Below the pieces are notes generated by a model. It saw only the letters and a program-made list of their open reading frames with translations. It did not search any database and had not been told where the DNA came from. The position numbers and the translations under genes are program-made. 64,000 nt of DNA from Acidimicrobiia bacterium (lineage in GTDB: Bacteria > Actinomycetota > Acidimicrobiia > Spongiisociales > UBA5794). The stretch covers positions 1,114-65,113 of the forward strand of contig JASJDZ010000005.1 in assembly GCA_030065575.1 (NCBI GenBank), given 5' to 3'. Shown here piece after piece: positions 39,730-48,154 of this stretch; position 1 is the first letter of the stretch, and every line of letters starts with the position of its first letter.

Positions 39730-40599
39730 ATGCCCCCAACCTCAGTCGCTTCTGGTCGCGCAGTCAGGGCAGCTCGCAACTACCTCTTGGATCTATGGAG
39801 TAGGCGCGAGTTCGCCTGGTATCTCGCCATGGGCAACCTCAAGGCGCGCAACGCTTCAACCACACTCGGGCTCTTCTGGTGGGTCCTCAACCCGCTGCTG
39901 CTCGGCAGCGTCTACTGGCTTGTCTTCGGCCTCATCTTCGATCGCGGCACGCTGGATGTGACCAGCCGGGCGCTCGCTCCCGGCGAGGAGTTGCCCTTCC
40001 TGGCCTACTTGCTCTCGGGGATGTTCCCGTTCTACTTCACCCAGACCTCGATGACCGGGGGAGTCAACAGCATCGTGTCGAACGCCCGGCTGATGGCCAA
40101 TCTCAGCTTCCCCCGCTTGATTCTCCCGATCGCTGCCCTCATCGAGAGCGCAGTTGGCTTCCTGACCTCGGTTGGGGTGTTCTTCGTGGTCGTTGGCCTG
40201 GTCAACGGAATCTGGCCGGGACCGTGGACGCTCTGGTTGCTGCCCACGATCATGATCCACGTCCTCTTCAACTTCGGCTTGTCGACGATCGTTGCGCGCA
40301 TTGCCGTGCCCTTCCGCGATCTCAATAACCTCGTTCCCTACTTCACCCGGCTGTGGCTCTATCTCTCACCGATCCTCTATCAAGCGTCGTTCCTCGAAGG
40401 GAAGGGCGAGTTCGTGGAAACCGCCTTCCGGCTCAATCCGCTCTTCCCGATCCTCGAGCTGTATCGATACTCGTTCGCCGGCATCGAAATTGATCTGGGG
40501 AGCACTCTCCTGATCGCGATCGCCTGGGCGGTCGGCCTCGCCGTTATCGGCGCAACATCGTTCATCAAATACGAGGGCAAGATGGCGAGGTACCTATGA
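39730..40599 (+). CDS. ABC-2 type polysaccharide/teichoic-acid export permease (Wzm/TagG-like)
   Basis: ATG 39730. REFAWYLAMGNLKARN N-terminal motif typical of ABC-2 permeases and six hydrophobic spans. Confidence 0.85.
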   Translation: MPPTSVASGRAVRAARNYLLDLWSRREFAWYLAMGNLKARNASTTLGLFWWVLNPLLLGSVYWLVFGLIFDRGTLDVTSRALAPGEELPFLAYLLSGMFPFYFTQTSMTGGVNSIVSNARLMANLSFPRLILPIAALIESAVGFLTSVGVFFVVVGLVNGIWPGPWTLWLLPTIMIHVLFNFGLSTIVARIAVPFRDLNNLVPYFTRLWLYLSPILYQASFLEGKGEFVETAFRLNPLFPILELYRYSFAGIEIDLGSTLLIAIAWAVGLAVIGATSFIKYEGKMARYL

Positions 40600-41342
40600 G
40601 CACTCCGGCCATCGTTGGGGAGGGCATCACCGTACGGTTCCGTCCGATGGTCGATCGCAAGCCGACACTGCGGCGCTCTCTGGGGAGGATGCAGCACCGT
40701 GAGACTAAGGAACTCGTCGCCCTGGACAACGTCGATCTGAGCATCAAGAAGGGCGAGGCGTTCGGCATCGTTGGCCGGAACGGTGCGGGAAAGAGCACAC
40801 TGCTCAAGGTTGTGGCCAAGACCCTTCGGCCCGATGAAGGCACGATCAACGTCTTTGGCAAGACGTCGACGTTGTTGCAGCTCGGGGTTGGCTTCAATCC
40901 GCATCTATCCGGCCGTCGCAACGTGTATCTGGGCGGATTGGCTGCGGGGCTGCGCAAGAAGGAGATCGACGAACGCTTCGATGACATCATCGAGTACGCC
41001 GAGCTGTGGGATGCGGTTGATCGTCCGGTTCGCACCTACTCATCCGGCATGTTCTCCCGACTTGCGTTTTCGGTCGGAATGGCGATGGAGCCAAACATCC
41101 TGCTCCTCGACGAGGTTCTCGCAGTCGGCGACGAAGCCTTCCGCGAGAAGAGCATGAAGGCCATGCGAGACCTTCTCGACCGGGCCGGCACGATTGTGTT
41201 CGTGAGTCACGCGCTGCCCAATGTCGCCGAGTTCTGCGATCGGGCTATGTGGCTCGCCGATGGCAAGGTCAGGTCGATCGGGCCTAGTGCCGACGTGGTT
41301 GACGCCTACAAGACTGCCGTCCATAGAGGCAAGAACAAGTAG
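40596..41342 (+). CDS. ABC exporter ATP-binding protein (Wzt/TagH-like), nucleotide-binding domain only
   Basis: ATGA overlap with the permease. Walker A GRNGAGKST, signature YSSGM, Walker B ILLLDE. 248 aa, no C-terminal extension. Confidence 0.9.
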   Translation: MSTPAIVGEGITVRFRPMVDRKPTLRRSLGRMQHRETKELVALDNVDLSIKKGEAFGIVGRNGAGKSTLLKVVAKTLRPDEGTINVFGKTSTLLQLGVGFNPHLSGRRNVYLGGLAAGLRKKEIDERFDDIIEYAELWDAVDRPVRTYSSGMFSRLAFSVGMAMEPNILLLDEVLAVGDEAFREKSMKAMRDLLDRAGTIVFVSHALPNVAEFCDRAMWLADGKVRSIGPSADVVDAYKTAVHRGKNK

Positions 41343-41348
41343 GCGGGC

Positions 41349-43076
41349 GTGGAGGCACCCTCTCGCGCATCGGTAGCGAAGCAAGAACCGGCCGGCCGGT
41401 TGACCAGGTACTGGACTGTGCTCGAGCGAATTCCAGTCGCGGCCCTTGTTCTTCTCGCTGTCAAGTACAGGGGCCTCGATAACACGATCGTGCGCCAGCA
41501 CGACAACCTCGATCAAATGCCGGGGCTTCTCGACCAGTTGTCATTTGGTGACTTATTCGCCGCACCGGGCGCAACGATCCCGTACCTGCTTGGCGGGCTT
41601 CCCCGCGGTCTGTTCGGGAGCGAGTTCTACCTCTCCAACATCATCGGTGTGGGCCTGCCCCTCTACTGGAGCCTGCTCGTAACCGAGCTCATTGTCAGAG
41701 TGCTCGCCTTCTACGGTATGCGCTCCTTGCTCCGAACCGCGGGACTCGGTGAGCGCCGATTAATCGTGTACGGGGTAGCGACGATCTACTCACTGTTGCC
41801 ATTCTTCATGCCTGCGTTTGGGGCCATTGCCGCAGCCCCGTTCCTGGTCGCCGCAGTGATCCGAGCGCTCGAGACAGGGCGACTCGACAGAGGGGCGTAC
41901 TTCGTTTTCGCCCTGTTTCCGCTCATCGCGCCGTCATACGCAACGATTCCCTACACCTTTCTGTTGGCGCTGGTCGCAATCCTCCTGTATCCCATTCTGC
42001 GCAGCCGGGCTGTGCCACTGCTACGCGGCGCAGCCGTTATGGGTCTGTCGGTGCTCATTGTCGATTGGCGGCTCATCTGGGAGAACATTGCCGGTGAACC
42101 GACCCATCGTGCCGAGATCGGGCGTGAGTACGAACTCGGATTGTCTCGCCTTGCCGACGTGCCGGGGATGCTCAGCACCGAACTTTCGCACGTTTGGATG
42201 GGAAAGTCGCTCGTGCTGGCGCTCGTGTTTGCGATTGCGATCATTCTGCTGATCCGTGGGTGGAGACGGATCGACCGACAGCTCTTGGTTATTGCCGGTG
42301 CTCTTGTCGGCGTTCTCGTCATCGGCGCGCTATTCGAGATCGTCTGGTACCCCTTCGAGGTCGAGGTCATCGGCCGCTTGCTGGACGATTGGGGCCGCTT
42401 TCAGCTGGAACGTATCCGCTGGATAGAGCCGGCCATCATCTATCTGCTCGTCGCCATTGCCCTCAGCATCATCACCGATCTGCTCGCCGGAGAAGGAATC
42501 CGCCGGCAGTTGGTTACCGCGTTCATTGTCTTGTCCATTGCCGTTCAGTCCATCGTTGTTGTGTCTGCTCAGCGGTTTCTCGACGCTCCAACGTCCCTGA
42601 CGATCGGCGAGTTCTACGCCTTCGAGACTATGTCGGAGATCAGCGATGCCATCGACGCCGACAATGGGATCTACTCGGTGTCCATCGGGATACATCCGGC
42701 AGTAGCTATCGCCAGCGGCATCGAATCGGCAGACGGCTACTGGAGCACGTACCCGCTCGAATACAAGCGCCGATTCAGGTCACTGATCGCGCCTGCGCTG
42801 GACCAGATGACCGACGAGGACCGGATCTACTTCGATCGCTGGGGCTCGCGAGCCTACGTCTTTCAACCTGATCTGAAGCGTCCCAGCGCCTCGTACGCAC
42901 CCAAAGACGGGGAGTTGGAGCTGCTCGTGGACCCGGCGGCCTACGATGACCTGGGGATCACCCACGTGATCTCCAGCGTGCTTGTGGTCAATGCCGACGC
43001 CGTCGGGCTCGAGCTGATGCTCGAGATCGACAACCCGAGCGAACTGGGCACCATCCGGCTGTACCGAATCACGTAG
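41349..43076 (+). CDS. Large polytopic membrane protein with C-terminal extracytoplasmic-like domain; candidate GT-C/YfhO-like glycan-modifying enzyme (function unproven)
   Basis: 575 aa, about 10-12 hydrophobic spans, then a ~150-aa hydrophilic C-terminus. 6 nt downstream of the ABC ATPase gene. Confidence 0.7.
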   Translation: MEAPSRASVAKQEPAGRLTRYWTVLERIPVAALVLLAVKYRGLDNTIVRQHDNLDQMPGLLDQLSFGDLFAAPGATIPYLLGGLPRGLFGSEFYLSNIIGVGLPLYWSLLVTELIVRVLAFYGMRSLLRTAGLGERRLIVYGVATIYSLLPFFMPAFGAIAAAPFLVAAVIRALETGRLDRGAYFVFALFPLIAPSYATIPYTFLLALVAILLYPILRSRAVPLLRGAAVMGLSVLIVDWRLIWENIAGEPTHRAEIGREYELGLSRLADVPGMLSTELSHVWMGKSLVLALVFAIAIILLIRGWRRIDRQLLVIAGALVGVLVIGALFEIVWYPFEVEVIGRLLDDWGRFQLERIRWIEPAIIYLLVAIALSIITDLLAGEGIRRQLVTAFIVLSIAVQSIVVVSAQRFLDAPTSLTIGEFYAFETMSEISDAIDADNGIYSVSIGIHPAVAIASGIESADGYWSTYPLEYKRRFRSLIAPALDQMTDEDRIYFDRWGSRAYVFQPDLKRPSASYAPKDGELELLVDPAAYDDLGITHVISSVLVVNADAVGLELMLEIDNPSELGTIRLYRIT

Positions 43077-44121
43077 GCGGCGGGTGGGGGGAAGGCCCCT
43101 CTTCCGGTAACTGTTCGGGACCGATGAGCCGGGTGGTGAGGATCGAGCTCTTGTGCATCAGCGCCGTGGATTCCGCGTCGACTTCGGAGCTTCGTTCGAT
43201 CACGACCACCGGCGAGCGTTTCGACTGGCGTAGTAGCCGGCCCACGTAGGAGCCGATAATCCCGAGGAAGAGCGCGTTGAGCGAGATACCGATCAACTGG
43301 ATCAATGCCAAGGTGGCGAAGCCGGGAGGCCAGTCCTGGCCGAAATACAAGCGTCCCACGGTGTAGCCGACAACGCCGATCGCGGCTAGGACGCTGACAA
43401 TCACCGCCGCTGCGGTGGCAAGCTGGAGTGGTTTCACCGAGTGGTTCATCACACCATCGGCAGCCAGGCCGAATAGCGAACGCCAGTTGAATTTCGTCTT
43501 GCCGCGCGTGCGCGTGTCACGGGAGTACTCGAAACCAACCTGGGTGAACCCCATTGCCGCAATCGTGCCCCGCAGGTAGGGCGTTGCGTCGTAGCTATGT
43601 CGCAGGACCTCGATGACGGCCCGGTCGATGAGCCGGAAATCTCCTGCGTCGCGGGGGAGTGGGTCCTCACTCAGGAAATCGATCATCCGATAGAAGGTCC
43701 GGCGGATCGCCGACATAAACGCCGACTCGCCTTTGCGCTTCACACGGACACCAAACACCACGTTCGCCCCGGCCCGCCAGTGCTCGAGCATCTGGGGAAT
43801 CAGCTCCGGGGGATCTTGCAGGTCGGCGTCCAGCTGGATTGCCGCTGCTCCTGTCGAGAGCAGATAGCCGGCGTAGATCGACCGCTGGAAGCCGTAGTTG
43901 CGTGAGAACCGGAAGACCTTGACGCGGGGATCAGATCGGGCCAGTTGCTCACAGATCTCGTAGGTGTCGTCGCTCGAATGATTGTCGGTGATAACGAGCT
44001 CGAAGTCATAGTCCGCCAGCTTCGAGAAGACCTTGGCGACCCGTGAGTACAGCTCGGGCACATTCTCCGCCTCGTTCATTGCCGGCACGACTATCGATAT
44101 CAGCGTTGGCTCATTGCTCAT
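43069..44121 (-). CDS. GtrB/ArnC/Dpm1-like GT2 polyprenyl-phosphate glycosyltransferase with two C-terminal TM helices
   Basis: ISIVVPAMNEAENV, DNHSSDDT, DADLQDPPE signature, C-terminal hydrophobic pair. Confidence 0.85.
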   Translation of the reverse strand: MSNEPTLISIVVPAMNEAENVPELYSRVAKVFSKLADYDFELVITDNHSSDDTYEICEQLARSDPRVKVFRFSRNYGFQRSIYAGYLLSTGAAAIQLDADLQDPPELIPQMLEHWRAGANVVFGVRVKRKGESAFMSAIRRTFYRMIDFLSEDPLPRDAGDFRLIDRAVIEVLRHSYDATPYLRGTIAAMGFTQVGFEYSRDTRTRGKTKFNWRSLFGLAADGVMNHSVKPLQLATAAAVIVSVLAAIGVVGYTVGRLYFGQDWPPGFATLALIQLIGISLNALFLGIIGSYVGRLLRQSKRSPVVVIERSSEVDAESTALMHKSSILTTRLIGPEQLPEEGPSPHPPPT

Positions 44122-45035
44122 ATGTCACCCAGCAGTTCTCGGAATCCGTCGGCAAGCTCGATCAGCGGAGACCAACCCGGCAAAGTCTCGCCCGCGTGTG
44201 GCCGCATCGCTTCCGTTCGTCGGTACGGTCGTGCTCCCCATTCGATTGTCACCTCGGCGTCGACGTCGGCGATCAGGCGTTCGATAGTCGACCGCAGCGG
44301 GGCGAGCTCACCGCCTCGCACCGAGTAGGTCTTGCAACGGTCCGGTGCTCCCTCGACCAGCCGGCAGCTGTGAAGGAGGGCGTCGATGACATCCTCGACA
44401 TGAACGAAGCTGACCAGTTGCTCTCCGGCGGTTGCTCGAAGCGGCTTGCCGGTCCGCACCGCATCCGCCAGCAGATTGAGGAATCGAGGTCGTGGATCCC
44501 GGGGCCCATAGACATCGAACAGGCGCAGCTGGATTGCTGGGAGAGACTCATTGCTGCGGTAGTGCTCGGCGATGTCGTCGAAAGCCTGCTTGGTGGCCGC
44601 ATAGAGAGAGTTGGGCCGATACTCCGGCGCAGGCTCTGCAGCCTGCGAGTAGGTACCCGTGCCGACAACCGGCACTAGCTCAGAGGTGATCTCCTGCTGG
44701 CGATGGGCCGTTTCGAGGAGAGCGGTGCCGAGGGTGACGTTGGCATCGAGTATGTCCTGGATGTCGGTCGTGTTGTGGTCCGCTCCACCGGCTGCCGCGA
44801 CATGGAAGATGTGCGTAGGGGCGAAGGCAGTGGCGCTTGCGACAAGGTCGGCGACGTTGCCGGCCCAGCCGATCTCGGTGGCGCCGCCGATCGGCGAGGA
44901 CCGACCGGGTCTGACGACAAGAGCGGTGCTCGCTCCGTATCCGGCGAGACGCTCGTGGAGTCGCGAGCCAAGGAAGCCCGTTCCCCCCGAGATGAGGACC
45001 CTGCTTTCCGCCCATGAGGATGGTTCGTTTGCCAT
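44118..45035 (-). CDS. NAD-dependent epimerase/dehydratase family SDR (candidate CDP-4-keto-6-deoxyhexose reductase/epimerase)
   Basis: GGTGFLGS Rossmann motif, YAATK catalytic YxxxK. Overlaps both neighbours (operon with rfbG and rfbF). Confidence 0.8.
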   Translation of the reverse strand: MANEPSSWAESRVLISGGTGFLGSRLHERLAGYGASTALVVRPGRSSPIGGATEIGWAGNVADLVASATAFAPTHIFHVAAAGGADHNTTDIQDILDANVTLGTALLETAHRQQEITSELVPVVGTGTYSQAAEPAPEYRPNSLYAATKQAFDDIAEHYRSNESLPAIQLRLFDVYGPRDPRPRFLNLLADAVRTGKPLRATAGEQLVSFVHVEDVIDALLHSCRLVEGAPDRCKTYSVRGGELAPLRSTIERLIADVDAEVTIEWGARPYRRTEAMRPHAGETLPGWSPLIELADGFRELLGDI

Positions 45036-46144
45036 CAGCGGGTCTTACTCGGAGTGGTGGCCGCAGCCTCATAGGAGCGGAGTTGGTCCAAGGAGGTCTG
45101 GTGCAGTGCATCGGCACCCTCGGCCCGAAGTGCGTACCACTCGAACGTCATCCTCACGCGGTCATCGTTGGTGAAGACCGGAAACCACCCGAGTTGGCTG
45201 GTGGCCTTGGTGATGTCGAGCGACAGAGTCGTCGCTTCGTAGGGTTGGGGATCGGTCTGGTACACGATCGGCGGCAGGCTCGACCCGAGGGTTTGCTCGG
45301 CGATGGCCAGTACGTCGACAACGGTTGCGACGTCTCCCGGGCGAGGCCCGAAGTTCCAACCCCCGGAGGCTGTCCGATCGCCGCTCAGAATGCGACTTCC
45401 CAGCTCGAGATATCCGGCAAGCGGCTCCAGCACGTGTTGCCACGGGCGTACCGCCAGCGGCGACCGGATTTTCACCTGGGTCCCGGCATCCATTGCCCGA
45501 ATGACATCCGGGATCAGACGGTCGGGGGCGAGATCTCCTCCGCCGATGACATTGCCCGATCGCGCCGTAGCGACGATCGGATCCTGCTCGGCTGAGAAGA
45601 ACGATCGGGCGTAGCTCGCCGTGATGATCTCCGCTGCGCCCTTCGACGCCGAATAGGGATCGTGGCCTCCCATTGCATCGTTCTCGGCGAAGGGACGGCC
45701 CTGTTCGTGGTTTTCGTAGCACTTGTCGGTGGTGACGATCACAGCCCCGGAGACGCCCTTCGCCGTTCTCAGTCCCTCCAACACGTGAGCGGTTCCCAGG
45801 GTGTTGGTTGCAAAGGTGTCAACGGGGGCGTCATAGGAGGCACGGACAAGAGGCTGTGCAGCTAGATGAAAGACCAGATCGGGCTCGTATTCCCTTATCG
45901 CGGCCTGAAATGCTGTTCCATCGCGGATGTCGTCGAGCCTCTCGTAGTCCAGAGCCCCGCTTCCTCCCAGTGCTTCGAACAAGGGCTGCTGATACTGGGT
46001 GGCCGGCAAGGCCAAACCACCGACCGAAGCTCCAAGGCGCCGCAACCACAGAGTGAGCCAGCTTCCCTTGAACCCCGTGTGGCCCGTGACCAGTACTCGC
46101 TTGCCGCTGTAGATGCTTCCCCAGGTGGCGATATCCATGGTCAT
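45035..46144 (-). CDS. rfbG: CDP-glucose 4,6-dehydratase
   Basis: GKRVLVTGHTGFKGSWL, YSASK, typical ~360-aa length. Adjacent to the cytidylyltransferase. Confidence 0.88.
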   Translation of the reverse strand: MTMDIATWGSIYSGKRVLVTGHTGFKGSWLTLWLRRLGASVGGLALPATQYQQPLFEALGGSGALDYERLDDIRDGTAFQAAIREYEPDLVFHLAAQPLVRASYDAPVDTFATNTLGTAHVLEGLRTAKGVSGAVIVTTDKCYENHEQGRPFAENDAMGGHDPYSASKGAAEIITASYARSFFSAEQDPIVATARSGNVIGGGDLAPDRLIPDVIRAMDAGTQVKIRSPLAVRPWQHVLEPLAGYLELGSRILSGDRTASGGWNFGPRPGDVATVVDVLAIAEQTLGSSLPPIVYQTDPQPYEATTLSLDITKATSQLGWFPVFTNDDRVRMTFEWYALRAEGADALHQTSLDQLRSYEAAATTPSKTR

Positions 46145-46920
46145 GTCGACGCTTGCGGGAGCCAGGGCACCTCACCGGATGCCCAGATGTCCTCCAACTC
46201 GATCCGATCCCGCAGGGTGTCCATCGGCTTCCAGAAGCCGTCGTGGTGACGGGCGTTGAGTTGGCCCTCTGTAGCCAGCCGTTCCAGCGGCGCCCTCTCA
46301 AATGAAGTTGCGTCACCGTCGATGTAGTCGAGAACCGGTGGCTCGAGCACGAAGAAGCCTCCGTTGATACGTGCCTCGGATGCGGCGATCTTCTCTTCGA
46401 ACCGCACAACCTGACCCTTATCGTTTATGACGAGTGAGCCGAAGCGGGCCGGGGGGCGTACCGCAGTGACCGTGGCGAGCCGGCCTGATGCTGCGTGTGC
46501 CTCTACGAGTGCATTGACGTCTACATCAGAGAGGGCATCCCCGTAGGTCATCATGAATGTCTCGTCCCCGAGCAGGTCGCGGAGCCGCCGTAGCCGGCCG
46601 CCGGTCATCGTTTCGAGGCCTGTGTCGACGAGGGTGACCGTCCACTCTGCCGGGGGATTGCCGAGCAGCCTGGTCTGCCCGGTTGCAAGATCAACCGTGA
46701 AGTCCGTGTTCTGCAGGTGGAATCGGCTGAAGTAGTCCTTGATGATGTGGCCCAGATAGCCGCACGCGATGACGAACTCGGTGTGGCCGAACGCGGCGTA
46801 CCACCGCATCAGGTGCACAAGCAGGGGGACACCGCCGATCTCCACCATCGGCTTCGGCCGGACCGTTGTTTCTTCTGCCAGCCGGGTTCCACGGCCTCCC
46901 GCAAGCAGCACAACCTTCAT
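46141..46920 (-). CDS. rfbF: Glucose-1-phosphate cytidylyltransferase
   Basis: ATG at 46920 gives MKVVLLAGGRGTRLAEETTVRPKPMVEIGG. ~259 aa. Confidence 0.9.
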   Translation of the reverse strand: MKVVLLAGGRGTRLAEETTVRPKPMVEIGGVPLLVHLMRWYAAFGHTEFVIACGYLGHIIKDYFSRFHLQNTDFTVDLATGQTRLLGNPPAEWTVTLVDTGLETMTGGRLRRLRDLLGDETFMMTYGDALSDVDVNALVEAHAASGRLATVTAVRPPARFGSLVINDKGQVVRFEEKIAASEARINGGFFVLEPPVLDYIDGDATSFERAPLERLATEGQLNARHHDGFWKPMDTLRDRIELEDIWASGEVPWLPQAST

Positions 46921-46989
46921 TTGGCGTCCTCCGTCATCGACCGGATCCGGTCTGGGCCGCATGGTAATCCCGGACAAGCCGAGGCTCGG

Positions 46990-47005
46990 GCCTGCTCGGG
47001 CAGGC
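46990..47005 (-). terminator. Short GC hairpin GCCTGC-N4-GCAGGC 11 nt downstream of the acyltransferase stop
   Basis: 6-bp stem read directly. No U-tract. Weak call. Confidence 0.25.
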
Positions 47006-47016
47006 GACACGTGAGG

Positions 47017-48093
47017 TCAGACAAGCGCAGGAGACGCGGTTCGCTCCGGATCCGGCTGACGAAGGCGGTCCTTCCACCTGAGGAAAGGCCGTTCGATGTA
47101 TCGGTACGAGAGCGCAGCGACGATGAGCGACAGTGAGATCTGAAGCAGCGGCTTGTACGGGTACACAGTCACGTTCTTCTTGACCACGAAGTACACGGTG
47201 TAGTGCCACAGGTAGAGGCCGTACGAGATCTTGCCGAGGTAGAGCAGGGGCGAGAGGGTCATCACGCGATTGATCCATGTTGGCGATCGGCTCAGGGCCA
47301 GATGACCAATCACCAGCCCGGAACCGACCACGGCGATGAGAAGCCACGTCATGTAGAAGCTGGTGCTCTTCTCGCCCAGCGAGGAGGCCAGAATCACCGC
47401 CATGCCGGCTACCCAGGCGGCCGGGTGCGCAAGCGGCGCGGCCCGGTCGCTGATCCAGACGGCAAGAAGACACCCGAGAAGCAGTACTGCTGCCGCAAGA
47501 TCGGGGCCGTTGTGGAGGCGAAGCAGCGACGCACCGGACATGCCGAGCGCAAACCGGGCCACGAGGGAAACGGCGATCCCGCCAATCGCGATCCGCGCCG
47601 CGATGCTCTTCGCCCCGGCCAGGCTCGCCGCACCGAACACCACCACGATGAGCACCGGCCAGATGAGGTAGAACTGCTCTTCCATTGCCAGGGACCAGGT
47701 GTGTGGCATGAGCGGCATGGAGTTGCCGCCGGCGCGAACCAGGTTCGAGACGTACAGCCCCGCATAGAGGATCTGGTTCAGTGGCTCGCGGAAGATGTAG
47801 CCGACGACCGCCGTAACCGCCAGATACACGTACATCGCCGGGAAGATGCGCAATACCCGCCTCATGTAGAACTGGCGCAGCGAGATCGAGCCGTGCTTCT
47901 CCTTCTCCTCGATCAGGAGTCGGGTGATCAGGAAGCCGGAGAGGACGAAGAACACATTCACCCCGACGGTCCCGGCGGTGCCCGTGAACGGCAAGCCGGT
48001 GTGATTCATCAGAACCAGGGCAACAGCAATCCCGCGCAGGCCGTCGAGGGCGGGCACGTAGCCCAGGCGCCAGGGTCGTGAAGTTGCGTCCAA
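47017..48093 (-). CDS. Acyltransferase family 3 (AT3/OatA-like) membrane O-acyltransferase
   Basis: LDGLRGIAVALVLMNH N-terminal motif, about 10 hydrophobic spans. TTG start with GAAGGA SD. Confidence 0.85.
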   Translation of the reverse strand: MDATSRPWRLGYVPALDGLRGIAVALVLMNHTGLPFTGTAGTVGVNVFFVLSGFLITRLLIEEKEKHGSISLRQFYMRRVLRIFPAMYVYLAVTAVVGYIFREPLNQILYAGLYVSNLVRAGGNSMPLMPHTWSLAMEEQFYLIWPVLIVVVFGAASLAGAKSIAARIAIGGIAVSLVARFALGMSGASLLRLHNGPDLAAAVLLLGCLLAVWISDRAAPLAHPAAWVAGMAVILASSLGEKSTSFYMTWLLIAVVGSGLVIGHLALSRSPTWINRVMTLSPLLYLGKISYGLYLWHYTVYFVVKKNVTVYPYKPLLQISLSLIVAALSYRYIERPFLRWKDRLRQPDPERTASPALV

Positions 48094-48154
48094 CGGAGTC
48101 CTTCGCGGAAGGGGTGGATAGCTATGCTAAACCGGGCTGCGACGAACCCTCCAG

